A DNA stretch of 62,794 nt, filler included, from Ionaspis alba (Eukaryota), in the NCBI GenBank assembly GCA_964255285.1. It is 7 parts of 7 records of this genome, joined end to end, with 100 filler letters (N's around TTAATTAATTAA, not from the genome) between each part and the next. Parts side by side here need not be neighbours in the genome. Positions count along the whole stretch, not along the records: positions 45,002 to 53,849 come from CAXUUL010000698.1; positions 53,950 to 62,794 come from CAXUUL010000699.1; 5 more parts are not named here. The stretch is one strand, 5' to 3'. Under the pieces are notes generated by a model. The model had not been told where the DNA came from. It did not search any database and was given only the letters and a program-made list of their open reading frames with translations. Shown here piece after piece: positions 48,627 to 61,875 of this stretch. Made by a program: the position numbers and the translations under genes. How positions within the stretch are numbered: position 1 is the stretch's first letter; each line of letters starts with the position of its first letter.

Positions 48627-49167
48627 CATCCCAACATTCAAATGTCTTCTTAACCAAAATCGTAACATGTAGAGTCATGACGCAATCTTTTAAAGATGCC
48701 AGTAGAGAAAGTTATCGCGCAGTGATTTCACTGTTATAAGTAACCCCAATTCATGATCTCCATAATGGTAGTCATTCGAAAGTTAAAATGTTGATGCCGA
48801 GCCAAATTGTATCGGCATTCGGGCGTCTGACACCAGAGCTCGCGGCAACATCTACGCCAAGTTCCTTTTACCTCAGAAACCGGTGATTCGTGCGTTGGAC
48901 ATTGTGATTGTCCCCCTCTTCCAGCGTTAAGAGAGAATATTGCGGCTAACGTCCCTGACCAGGAGTGTACGCTTGACGCGGCAGGCTTCCCGGACGACGG
49001 CAACACAGTTTCCAGTCCCCTGCACTACGACAGTCTCAGTCCAACGGACAGCTGGAGACTTCCCAAGCAATAGTCTAGTATTACACTAGGGGAGCAATTG
49101 CTATGAATTGTGGTGTACTTCTACGCAGGAAAAGACCGCGTGCAATACTTTGGGGTTGAAGGTCAAT

Positions 49168-52100
49168 ATGGTTTCTCGAACTCCCCAGAATGCCGAAGCG
49201 GTGGCGGCCACACGTCAAGAGAATGGGGTATATTTGCAGGCAAAAGAGGGGAATGGCTCTGGGACACCACGGCTTTCGAAGAAGGAAGCCAGCACACCCA
49301 AGCCAGCCCAAGATCCTGAACTCAAAGATTATGTACGGCCTTCTCCATATATCTCAAATTTGATCGGTCTCTGATGGGATATAGCAACTTGGAGACTGTC
49401 TCGGAAAGGGGGCGTTCGGATCGGTGTTCAGAGCTCTTAACATGGGAACTGGGGAGGCTGTGGCTGTCAAGCAGATCAAACTTGCGGACCTCCCCAAGAG
49501 CGAGCTTCGGGTCATTACGGTATGTGACAATACTGGACCCTAGTGGCACGCCACTCTTCTGACACGGACGACTTCTAGCTCGAGATCGATCTTCTGAAGA
49601 ACCTGGACGTGAGTGGTCCTATCTTTCTATGTTCACAGGTAATTGACCACGACAGCACCCGAATATTGTCAAATACCACGGCTTTGTCAAATCTTCGGAA
49701 TCTTTGAATATCATCTTAGAGTACATTAATTTTCGTTCGTCCCCTATGAACACCTTTTGACTTTCTCCCAGATACTGTGAGAATGGTTCTCTTCACTCCA
49801 TATCGAAAGCGTTCGGAAAGTTCCCCGAGAATCTTGTCGGTCTATACATGTCCCAGGTCCTGCATGGCCTTCTCTATCTCCACGAGCAGGGTGTCATTCA
49901 TCGTGATATCAAAGGAGCAAACATTCTCACGACCAAGCAGGGTCTCGTCAAACTTGCCGATTTTGGTGTTGCTACAAGGACTACCTCGCTCCATGAGTCT
50001 AGTGTGGTTGGGACGCCTTACTGGATGGCACCTGAAGTCATCGAACTCTCTGGTGCAACTACAGCATCAGACATTTGGAGCTTAGGCTGTACTGTGATCG
50101 AACTTCTGGATGGCAGACCTCCATACCACAAATTGCAGCCAATGCATGCCTTGTTCCGCATTGTCAACGATGATCATCCTCCGCTACCAGAAGGAGCTTC
50201 TCCTGTGAGCTTAGCAGGTTCAAATTTAAGTGCTTATAAATGCTAACTTCAGTCTAGATTGTGCGTGACTTTCTCATGCAATGCTTTCAGAAGGACCACA
50301 ACCTTCGAGTGTCCGCCCGAAAGCTTCTGAAGCACCCCTGGATAGTAAACGCGAAGAGGTCGGACTCCGTTGTTCCAAAGAAACCCACGGAGTATGAAGA
50401 AGCTGTCAAAAGTGTTCAGCAATGGAATGAAGCTCTGAAGTCTCCCAATGCCGGTTCGCTTCGGAAAGCTTCTCGCCCAATGTCTTCGAGTCCTATTCCA
50501 GGAAGACGTGAACGACCAGTTCCACTTACAACGCCAGTTCGGGGTCCACTGAACCTTGCAAAGCCTCGAGCTAATGCCGAGCAATTTCGCTCACCGGACA
50601 CCGCGGCGGATGACAACTGGGATGACGATTTTGCATCTGCGATTTCTCCCAGCGCCCTACAGCTTCCTCACCTGAAACCGCATGATCATTTTGGTGGACT
50701 ACTGTCTTCAGAAAAGCTAAAAACCTACGCGTCTTTCGAGACGGTCACAGAAGAAACGAACTGGGATGAGAACTTTGAGGGAGATCTGACTGTGAAGAGT
50801 CCAATGCAACTGACCGCTGCAGACCCTTTGAAGACTATTCGTCCTTATTTCCCTAGCCGTGCAGATACGAATGAGATCCAACACACTGCACCTAGCAAGT
50901 CTCCGAGACGGAAGGGCTCACAACCTACTCCTCGTCAGACGGCCACTGGATCAGTTCCACCACCAAAGCGACCCGCAACAAAGGAATCATTGCCTGCACA
51001 GCCTACTCAGCCCACTTTGCTATACAGAGAAAATGATGTAGAGGACTACTCGGATCTGATTCTCGAGAACGACGGCGATTTTGAAAGAAAATTAGTCCTG
51101 AGCAAGGTAAGACTTCAGCTCTTTCTGTAGAAAGTTGAAATTTGCTGAGCATCTGTTAGAAGAAGGACTCCTTATCACCACGATTGTTCCACCCCTCTGA
51201 CTTGACCAACCTCCCGCGCTCAATGCAACCACCGAAACCAGGCGGTAGTCTCCGAAGGCATCCGCCGCCACCGCGGCAGCCTTCTATGAGACGTACGAGG
51301 TCGTCTGTTGAAATTCAGAGATACGCAGAAGACGAGCACGACGAGGACTTCTCAGATATGTTTGGCAAAGTTGCAGCGCCTGTCAACAAGCAAGAGAGTG
51401 AAAAAGGATCAGAGTGCGGGACTCTGATGCTCAACTCCAAGCTTTCCAACAATTCGTGGCTTGGTGACGATGATGACGACGATGATCCGTTTGCACAACT
51501 CGAGGAAGGCTTCGACGAGACAGACCTCGAGGCTAATGTTGCAAGAGACAAGTATGCTCGGCTCTGTACACAAGTGGAGGGCCTAGTAGGCTCTTTGAAG
51601 GTGTCTCAAGCAGATGATATGCTTGCAGACATATCGGAACAGCTTCTGGAAATATTGATCGATTCGCCAGAGACGAAAAGTGTCATCATCAGCTCTCATG
51701 GCATGCTCCCGATTCTTGAGATACTGGAGTCATGTCGTCGTCGGGACATTATATTCAACCTTCTGAAGACAGTCAATCTTGTCATCTTCAGCGACGTAGA
51801 GATCCAAGAGAATCTCTGCTTTGTCGGTGGCATTCCCATAATAACAAAATTCGCCTCTAAGAAATACTCGAGCGAGATCAGATTAGAAGCAGCGGCCTTT
51901 GTACGTCAGATGTACCAGACTTCAACATTGACTCTACAGATGTTTGTCAGTGCAGGTGGTTTGAAGGTATTGGTTGAGTTCCTTGAAGAGGACTATGAGG
52001 AGGAGCGTGACCTGGTACTAATTGGTGTGAATGGTGTCTGGAGCGTCTTTGAGCTTCAAGGACCAACTCCGAAGAATGACTTCTGCCGTATCCTCTCACG

Positions 52101-53653
52101 CAATTCCGTTCTAGACCCCCTGTCTCTTGTGCTGAGCCGAGTTCTCGATGAGCAAGGAGAGCTGGCTGAGCTCTGCGAAGGACGCATTGCCAACATCTTC
52201 TTCCTGTTCTCGCAAGCTGAGAACCGCGTCAAAGAGCTAGTTGCTGAGCGAACAGTCCTTCACCGTAAGCTTGGTGAAGAGAATCCATCACAAGCAGTGT
52301 TGCTAATGCATCGTGTTAGGTGTGCTCAAGGATTTGAAGCGCATGTCGCCCAATCATCAAGTGACAATGCTCAAGTTCATCAAAAACCTCTCCATGCTCT
52401 CTACGACCCTTGACTCACTCCAGAACTCTAATGCGATAGATGTGCTGACTGAACTGCTTCGAACGAGCTCCAAGGAACGGCATTTCCGCGAAATTTCGAA
52501 CCAAGTACTTAACACCATTTATAATCTCTGTAGATTGAACAAGTCTAGACAAGAGGATGCGGCTCTTAATGGCATCATCCCAATTCTTCAGAGAATCTTC
52601 ACTACGGAGCATCCATTGAAAGAGTTTGCTCTGCCCATCTTGTGCGATATGGCACATTCGGGCAAGGTTGGTAGAAGAGAATTGTGGAGAAACAAAGGCT
52701 TGCAGTTTTACATCACGTTGCTAGCGGAGCCATATTGGCAAGTCACGGCTTTGGATGCAATTTTCATATGGTGTGTATAAACTGCTCTAAGTTGTCATCT
52801 TTATCTAATAGTTCGTTACAGGCTCCAAGAGGAGACGGCTCGTGTAGAGGAACACCTCCTTGATGGCGGTTTTACGAAAGCCATCATCAAATGCTTTACC
52901 ACATCCAAGGCAAACGCTTTCGAGAATCTCTTGGAACCGCTCCAGAAGCTCCTTAGATTGAGCCCGCCAATAGCTCTGAGTCTCGCTCACCCAGACCTGT
53001 TCTCCCGCATCTTACAGAAGCTTCAATCCAACAAAGCACTCACTAGACTGAACCTCCTTCGCATTGTCCAAAGCATCTGTGATGCTAGTGATGAGCAAGG
53101 AACACTTGTCAACATATACGGTCTCTACGACGCAATCCAGAGGCTAGCGGAAGCAGATACAGCCATCTTAGTCAGAGACATGGCCGGCAAGCTCATCAGG
53201 TCTTGCGAAGAATACGACAAGCTCGGCAAGAGTGGCGGAAAGCGTAGACCAGCTCGACGAGCCAGCTCATCGACCACACCACCAAGTCTCATGGCCAACC
53301 AATCAATGCCGCCTACTCCCACAAGCACGCGGTCTAATCAATCATCCACCTATTTTGTAGAACGAGACAATCGTCAGCGGAGTGTTGCCAATGGACCCGT
53401 TCCCTTCCGCACACCTGGCAGGGAAGAGTCAACGCCAAATGGCAGACCGAGTTTGGCGAACGGCTCGAGTATTATTGCGAAGAGTAGACTGCCCAGGACG
53501 ACTTCTGGAAGGACGTCGAGGCAGTCGATGTTGACGTCGCCGAGGAAGGAGGAGAACAATGTTCCTTCTCCTTCGGGGCATGGGCCGCCGCAGATTATGA
53601 TACCTAACTCGAGGAGGAGGCGGCAGGCGAGTGGGGATGCGAGATGGTCATGA
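49168..53653 (+). CDS. sepH: Septation initiation kinase SepH (Cdc7/Cdc15 family)
   Basis: N-terminal kinase ([35 protein letters not shown]) plus an ARM-like C-terminal region ([22 protein letters not shown]). About eight introns including a 30-nt microexon [10 protein letters not shown]. Confidence 0.93.
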
Positions 53654-53849
53654 TTACATTCTCCGGATCTGGAGTTGGTGTGTATGCTTTTGCTGGGAAA
53701 TTTGCCTGGGTTATTGGTATGGGCTGCTTGCATAGCGCTGGTGTTTTGATTGCCGCGATTCAGATCTCTGTCTCAAGAGTGGTGTCTACCTTTGAGCATA
53801 AAAGGAAAGCTGGGCGGTGTTTGCTGGACTAAGGATGGGTTGTGGATGT

Positions 53850-53949
53850 NNNNNNNNNNNNNNNNNNNNNNNNNNNNNNNNNNNNNNNNNNNNTTAATTA
53901 ATTAANNNNNNNNNNNNNNNNNNNNNNNNNNNNNNNNNNNNNNNNNNNN
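53850..53949. other. Artificial contig linker
   Basis: N44-TTAATTAATTAA-N44. Confidence 0.97.
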
Positions 53950-54169
53950 AGTATGTAGCATATCAGGATCGTGCTAGGCAGACTGGCGTCGGTAGCCGGC
54001 GTGCGAGCTTTAAGCGCCACGCGCGGGGCAAGCTGCCTTTATCGCGAGTCTGCAGCTCAGCCCCGGTCACTGGAACAAAGCGCTGCATGACCAACGCCAA
54101 AACAGTGGCCAGTTGTTGGAATATCATGACCTGATAAGTTGTCGAGGGAGTCCTTCTTACTCAACAACA

Positions 54170-55452
54170 ATGGCGTCCAAAGTAATGATTCCGGTGCTGG
54201 TCACCATGATGCTCCTCACCGGTGTCTGCAATACTCTCCTCACCAAATACCAAGTAAGCAGCTCCACCGTGCCTTCATGCCCAGACTGACAATTCAGGAC
54301 TTACAATGCGTCCGCAACTGCGATACCGGCAAACGGGTGACCTTCGAACAGCCGGTGATACAGACTGCGCAGATGTTCATCGGAGAAATGGGCTGTTGGC
54401 TCGTGGTCGCGGGGTTCGCGATTTATAATCGTGTGGCCTCGAGAAGCCGCGGATATTCTCAGATTCCCAACGAGCAGGATGAGACGAACGCAGTACTCAA
54501 GCCTCTGGTAGCAAAAGACCACAGGAAATCACTGCAAGGAGCCAGCATACTCTTACTCGCACTTCCTGCCTGCTGTGATATCACAGGAACTACCCTCATG
54601 AATGTCGGCCTACTTTTCGTTGCCGCAAGCATTTATCAGATGACACGAGGAGCTCTTGTCCTCTTCGTCGGCATATTCAGTGTTATTTTCCTCCGAAGAA
54701 AACTCTATGCCTACCAATGGATCTCCTTGTTCATTGTCGTTCTCGGTGTGGGAATCGTTGGCCTTGCAGGAGCAATCGCGCCAAATCCACAAGCAAAGCC
54801 TGAACCAAGATCAGTCTCTGAAGTGGCAGTACTGGCTGCTCGTGTGGTAGCGGACCAGGTAAAGACGAAAGTTACAAGCCCTGATGCTGTCAAGACTATC
54901 ATTGGGGTACTGATGATTGCTGGAGCTCAAATTTTCACGGCTACTCAATTTGTCCTCGAAGAATACATACTGGAGAGATATGCTGTAGAGCCGCTCAAGA
55001 TGGTGGGATGGGAAGGAGTTTTTGGATTCATCGTTACAATGCTTGCCATGGCCATTCTTCACTTAGCCATAGGTCGGACTGAAGCTGGCAAGTATGGCTA
55101 CTTCGACGCGGTGGAGGGGTGGAGACAGATCACCCACTACAGAGCTATCGCGATCTCATCTATCCTCATCATGATCAGCATCGGAGGTTTCAACTTCTTC
55201 GGTCTATCCGTTACCAGATCCGTCAGCGCCACGTCGAGATCTACCATCGATACGTGCCGGACTCTGTTCATTTGGATCGTCTCTCTTGCGCTTCACTGGG
55301 AAACCTTCAAGTGGTTGCAAATCATTGGATTTGTGCTCTTGGTATATGGGACGTTCTTGTTCAACGACATCATCGGCTCTCCTCTTAGAAAGTGCAGAAA
55401 TCGACCTCATCGGGAGCCTCTGTTACCTGAGGAGCCTATAGAGCATATGTAA
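54170..55452 (+). CDS. SLC35F6-like (nucleotide-sugar/DMT superfamily) membrane transporter
   Basis: MLLTGVCNTLLTKYQ/D..FEQPVIQTAQMFIGEMGC, PACCDITGTTL, ASIYQMTRG and SATSRSTIDTCRT; about 10 TM segments. Intron 54254-54297. Confidence 0.85.
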
Positions 55453-55761
55453 TAAATGAGGAAGCTTCGCATCCAAGTAGCCTTGTCGCTTATGTCGCTA
55501 TCCGTCATCGCTTGGAATCGTGTCTGAGGATGCCTCAACTATGAGGCTCTGCTGGGTTTTTGGACTGGGGCGGATTAGATTGAGGAGTTCGGAGTTTCAT
55601 GAGGAGCGTGGGATCATTGCCTTCAATACTAGTAAACTAGAAGAAACATTATACCTCGTCCAAACATCTCACGTCATGCATACAAGAGAATGTCAACCTC
55701 TTCATGCTTAACGGTGATGTGGTAATAATAATTCCATAAACCTCAACTGCGGCGAGATCCT

Positions 55762-56273
55762 TTAGGCTACCCCGTTTGTCATAACACCCATCTTGCCCCT
55801 ACCAGGTGCGTTCTCAAACTTCTCTCGCCACTCATCTCCTTTCCTAAACAATTCCACCGCTTCCATCGCACTCGGACGTCCCCAATCCGGGTCCGCTCCA
55901 CCCTGTAGCAAAGCGTTTATAACCTCCTTCTCATCCTTGAACACCGCTCCAGCCAAAGGGCTTTGACCTCTATCGTTCAATGTATTGGGATCCGCTCCAT
56001 GAGTCAGAAGGAGCGAAACCAAGGACGAGTGCCCGTGATAGGAGGCAAGCATGATCTTTCCCATAACATCGGAATCTCAGCTACTCGTCAAAATACTATT
56101 AAGACTGGGCGTGAAATTACCAGACTATCCCCTTTGTCATTTGTCATGTTGACGGGCAAGCCTGCTGGCAGTGCTTGTTGGAAGATATCCATCTGTCCCG
56201 CACGAGCAGCATCGTACATTCGAGTAGCAAATGCAATTGCTTCCGGCGGCAAGGAAGCAGGGTCTCGTGACAT
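55762..56273 (-). CDS. Small ankyrin-repeat protein
   Basis: An intron at about 56120-56056 joins NDKGDSL/IMLASYHGH..GADPNTLNDRGQSPLAGAVFK..GADPD. Confidence 0.88.
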
Positions 56274-56705
56274 GATTCTAGCTGTGTTGATTCTCTATTC
56301 GTTCTTTAATGCGAGAATCGTAGATGAGGAAGGGATATATGGACGAACCATGAAAGTTGAACTGATACGATTGGTCACAGTTTCGTCCCTTTAGCTAGCC
56401 TTGAAGACTAAATTTAGGGTGAAGACATGCAGCCGTCTCTGCAACATGAGAGGCATACTAGTACAAACAAGCCTTATCCAGGCAATTGATGTCTCCGGGT
56501 CCATCTAATACGTTGCTAAAAGTACAGTGAAAGCATATACCCCAGCCGCCTGCAATCGCCCATAGATCATTATCTTATTAACAAGCATAAATCCAACCAC
56601 ATAAAGGGAACAAAGACCATGGTATTCCCGCGCAACCTGCCCGTAGCTCCCAAACACCCTTCCACAGTACTCCATACCCTTACCCACACAACCAAGCTGC
56701 GCTCC

Positions 56706-59700
56706 TCAGGCATCAATAGAAAAGAGACTCAAATCAAACGCCGAATTTCCCTGCCTCGTATCCTGCTTATTACTCTCTTTACTCCGATCAGAAACAAGCG
56801 GAAGACTCGACTCCCACTCCATTGCCAACATATCGTCTTCCGCAAACTCAAAGCTGTCCCTCGGAAACATCGAATCCTCGAACCAAGACGAGGGTAACCA
56901 TGATTCTGCTTCCGGATCTACAGTGAGATCCAGAGTCTCGCCATTATCGCTTGCTTTCGGACTGTTCTTATCAGACCTAGAAGTCGAGAGAGTCGAGGCT
57001 GGTGTCAAACTGGTGAGACTCAAAGATCCTTGAAGATCCGCAGCTGTGGGGAAGTAGACCGCAAGGTCGGAGGGAGAGATGACGCAGTCTTTCCAGGCAT
57101 CCAAGGACGATGGTACCTGGGCGGCTTGAGTCATTGCTTCTGACTTTGCGCGAGCTAGTACCGACTTGCTATCCGTGAGCTTGGTCCCGGAGGCAGGCGT
57201 TGCACCCGAAGTTGCTGTATTCGGTTTCGGGCTTGCGTTGATCGAAAGCCCAGTTTGGGTCCCTACTCGACTCATCGGCGTGCCTCCTTCGAGTTTTATC
57301 GGGGTCGAGCTTTGTATCGAAACCGACTTCTGCATGACTGGGGCTGTAAGGCCGGCCTTCTCTTCTTTCTGTGCTGGCCCACTCCGAAGAGATGTACCAT
57401 CTTCGGCCAGGCCGAGGCCGATTCGTACACCCTCAAGCGCCCATGCCAACGGGTCCTCGATGAACGGCTCTTGAGGCTTGTGAGATTCTTCTTTGTGTTT
57501 GGTAAGGTCTCCCATCGTAGCAAAACCTTTGACGCCAAATTTACAGTCGGGAAATGAGCATTTGAAAGGGGCAGCTGGGACTCCTGATGTCCGCTGCAAT
57601 TGTGGAGACGTCCCTGTGTTGGCTTGTGGGGAAGCAGCGGGTCCAGGAGTACCGAGTGTGGGCACCGGAGTGGATACAGAGCTGGCTGGCTGATTGCCTT
57701 TCTTCTTTTTGGCAGGTGGAAGATTCAGCTTGTCTCGAGTAACTGTAGCCTGCCCATAGAACTTTGGTACTCCGTGTGGAGTTGGACTTGGAGCCTCGAA
57801 GGAAAATGGTGGTTTGTCTGATGTAGGTGCAGCAGGTGCTTGATTCTCACGATTTCCATGAGGTTTCTGCATTGCCGTTGGGCGGGCTGACCGCGACTGA
57901 ATTGTACTAAGATTCGACGTTTCTGGAGTGCCGATGGATCCTGCGTTGGCTGTGGATCCGTTGTTTCCAGTTTTCCCCACGTGAACTTGACCTTGCCGTT
58001 TGGCACGCTGCTCAAAGATATAGCTGTATTGTGACTTCAACTTTAGAAGACATTCATCTAATTGTTCTTTCGTGACCGAGAACTCGTCTGAAGTCACGTC
58101 ATCTTTGAGGTTGTGAAATTGCCTCATGATCAGAATATGCTACCTTGCTTTAGCGACGTTCTAAGAAATCGGAGACAAATAAATTGACTTACGGCACGGA
58201 TTAGATCCCTAGCAGTATGCTCGTCTCCTGTGCTTTCGAAGTGGTGATGTAGAAATGACTCGTTCCGCTTCATCATGCCGTGAGAATCGTGCAATATCTT
58301 GGTCATCCTCTGCTTTGTTTGTTGATCCAGAAGCAACGCTTTCAGGGGTGGCATAGTTTGCATTACTTCCTGGTAGATCTGCTGAAGGCGCTGCCTCATA
58401 CGGGCCTTGTGTTCCACAACCTGACGTTCTTGGTCTCTGGGAATTCCGGTATCGGGGTTGTCAGATGACTGATCCGCAGCTGTACCTGACCTCTTCTGCA
58501 AGGCCTGATTCCGTAGCTCTATCTCATACTGACTACTCGCCTGACGGCCAGTTGCAGCACTCTTTTCATTACGGTTCTGGGAGATACCAGAGTTCTGCTG
58601 TGGCTGCACCTGCTTACTAGGTCCTGGTGCCCGGCGTTGCTGTTCCAGTATATTGGGATTCGGGACCTCAACTGGATCATCATCACTGTTTCTTTTGACA
58701 CCTTTCTGGATTTGAGATCCATGCATACCGCTACCAGGAGCACTACCACCTTGTCGATTTTGGTTTGAGATCTGAGTAGCAGGTGAGACACCATTCCACT
58801 TGTTCTGACTCGTGGGTGCCGTCCCTCGTTCCGTTGTATTCGGAGATCTATTCTGATTTGGTTGTAACCCGTTGACACCCAACATTTGTCCGGTGAATTG
58901 TTGATTGCGAACACGTTGAATATCCTCCGGAGGACCTTGTGGATTTGTGCCGGATTCTTGAGCTCTCAACAGCACTTCTCTCTTCTTTTGCATAAACCAG
59001 CGCCTGATTTGATCATCCGACCAATCTTTCATCGGTGGAAACCTCGAACGTATGGCCTGAAAGTCTTGGGCTGACTGCGGCTGTATGAGAGACGGCCTGT
59101 TGGTTATTGGAGGTTGAGGAATATTCTGATTCGATTGAGAGATATTCTGACTCGGTTGGGAGTCTGACGGCTGATTACTGCGGGAGTGCATCATCGGTGC
59201 AGGAGGCGCAGGACCCTGCTGCTGTGTCGAGGTCGAAGGCTGTCGTTGATTGTTAACCATACTGTTTGCCGCGTTCTCTCGAGGCTTAGCAAGGAGACGC
59301 TGGAAGTGGTGACTCTGTAGCTCCCGTAACTGGTCTAGAAGCCCTTCCCGAGTTCTAGACATGTTTTGGGAAACCCATGTTTTCAGAGCTCCCCAAGTAT
59401 CTATACCAGGAGGCAAAGGCGACAGCTGAACGCGATTGCTCAAGATGCTCGGTGGATATGGTATCGAGTCCATATATTGAAGTTGGTCCTCGCTCAACTG
59501 ATGAGTAGGTCTCGACTGGCCACTCGGCTGGTTGGAAGGGTTAAAATTTTGAGGCACAGGTTGCGCCTGCATTGTATTTGGTCTAGGTGCCGTACCAATA
59601 GTAGTGTCTTGGGGGTTAGTCACATTCTGTATCCCTTGGACCATGCCTTGTGATACTGGAATCTGTCCTGCCACACGCTGACCAAAGTTTTGACCATGTG

Positions 59701-61875
59701 GTGGCATCTGTGGACGACCTAACTGAGGGTTTGAAGCGCCAGACGACTGCTTTTCTGATTGTGCCGCAGCGCCAGTATTATTCTTCTGCTTTTGCAGCAT
59801 TATTCGTTGCTGTATGGCGACCATTGCTTTCGCCCTGTCCTCTGGAGACATGTTCTGTAATGTTTGCTGCATCGCCGAGATGCGCGGTCCCTGTTGTCCA
59901 CCGTCCATCTGCAATTGAGAAGGCCCGGATGATGGGCCTGGTTGTTGTATGTTAGTCGGCGGTCTTTGACCCATTACATTGAACCCATTCTGCTGCTGTT
60001 GGCGTATGTGGTTTTCTCGTTGTTGCGGTGTACCTTGCCCAGCCATTTGCTGCGATGCAGCACTCATAGGCCTGTTGAGATTTGGCATTGCAGGGCTATT
60101 TTGAGGTATGCCTTGCCCAGCGAGGTTGTTCAGCCCCCCGATTTGGCCTTGTAAGGTTCCGAGCGGGCCTCCTTGATTTGGCATGTTTCCCGCGTTTTGA
60201 CTCTGGGCTTGGGCTTGGGCTTGATTCCGCATACGAGCGGCCTCTCTGATCTTCTCTTGCTGGACGAGAAACTGCGGATTTTTCGCCATTGCCGCATTGA
60301 GACCTGGCCGGTTCATCATTTGCGACTGCGGAGTTGGTTGCATCGGAAATCCACGCTGCTGCTGCTGCTGCTGCTGTTGCTGGCGTTGCAACTGTTGTAG
60401 CCTCTGATGATCGCTTACTGGAACCACAACTTGGCCAGCTTCCTGTGAACGCATTGCATCTTGTTGCAGGCCAAGAACTTGATTGCCATATAGATTGATA
60501 TTGCCGCCGAACTGGTGCGCTGGCTGATGTGGTAGATTGGGATGCATAGGTCGATTTTGCTGCGCGGGGTTCATAACACCTTCATTATTGAGGTTTCGCA
60601 TCTGCTGCTGCTGCTGNNNNNNNNNNNNNNNNNNNNNNNNNNNNNNNNNNNNNNNNNNNNNNNNNNNNNNNNNNNNNNNNNNNNNNNNNNNNNNNNNNNN
60701 NNNNNNNNNNNNNNNNTGCTGTTGCTGTTGCATCGAATGATCCCGCAGTCTCGCCTTGTGCTCCAGGAGTTTTTGGGCCGCTTGACTACGAAAATACATA
60801 AGGAGAGGATCCAGATTTTGCTGCAGCCATCGTTGCCTCTGCTCTAGCGGAATATTGTTCACTCTCTGCCTAGCGACCTCAATCTCTTGCGGTGGAGCCT
60901 TAGCTCTTAATTGTTGGGCCATGTTGTTCAACTGAGCATTCTCTTCTGGCGTGAAGGACATTTGTGGATGATGTGGAGCAACCTGGCGACCCATGTTTTG
61001 GCCTTGCTGAAATTGTTGAGGGGCCATTTGACCGTTCAGGTTTGGATTGTTCAGGGGATTGAGACGTCCCTCCTGTGGTGGCTGTGATTGCGTAGGCATG
61101 GGTGACGGCTGCATCGGATGCTGGAGTTGAGGATTTGGGAAATTTGGTTGCACTCCACTAGCCTGCTGGTTGGGCATACCTATTGGCATTGCCATCTGTT
61201 GCCCACCATTGTTCATTGAGTTTCCTTGCCCATTCTGGAAACGGCTCTGTAACGCATTCATCTGCCGTTGTCGGGTTTCAGCCAATTCAGTGAGTTTGGC
61301 TCGAAAGGCGTTGTCATAAGTGGCCTAGCTAAAGTTAGCATGTCTGCTTACTTTCTGCTATGATCACAAGGCTCTCATACCCTATCGGGACTGGCTCGCA
61401 TAGTGCCACGCTCAAATTCCAGAGCCCAGTTGTAAGCTCTGTCTGAGTCCATCTCCCTCTTGGCCAGTCTGACGCTGGTCATACTAGAAACGTCATGTTA
61501 GGACCAAATGCAAGTTACAGTCAAATAGTAAACCAAAATGGTGCGTGGGTAGGCGAATCGTATTTGAGCGACACAGTATATATACACCTCGTGATAGCAA
61601 AGAGATTACCGTTACGCTCGTCGTGAAACATCGCAAGGAACAGGAAATCGATGTGCTTACAGGTGGACGACATTGCCGGCTCGGACGGCTGTCTCAATTG
61701 TGCTCTGCCACCCGGAGGGATATTGTTCATGCCGGAGCAATTCGAAAGCACGATTTCGATAGACCTGCGATTGCGCCTGCGCCTGTGCCCGTTGTACGAG
61801 TTGTTGTTGCTGCTGGGGATTCAAGGGTGCTCCTCTCGGCGGTCCTCCCATGCCTTGCATCGCGCCGGGGTTCAT
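56706..61875 (-). CDS. Large Q-rich transcriptional coactivator, Mediator Med15/Gal11-like
   Basis: Introns at about 61660-61484, 61380-61325 and 58192-58140. KIX-like N-terminus (GWQSTI..RAGNVVHL..ALEFERGTM..YDNAFRAKL), polyQ/QA tracts, a C2H2-like CSFPDC..HKEESH and an acidic C-terminus. Confidence 0.65.
60603..60730 (-). repeat. CAG/CAA polyglutamine repeat containing a 100-N gap (60617-60716)
   Basis: ctg/ttg triplet runs on both sides of the gap; a second polyQ run lies at about 60355-60380. Confidence 0.85.

Noticed and set aside
27090..53653. RAX2 + CON7 + sepH as a morphogenesis cluster
   Set aside because: Each gene is on a separate contig, adjacent only through length sorting.
8978..53905. 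TTAATTAATTAA recurring every ~9 kb as a biological repeat or CRISPR-like array
   Set aside because: It is always centred in exactly 44+44 N and truncates genes, so it is a synthetic linker.
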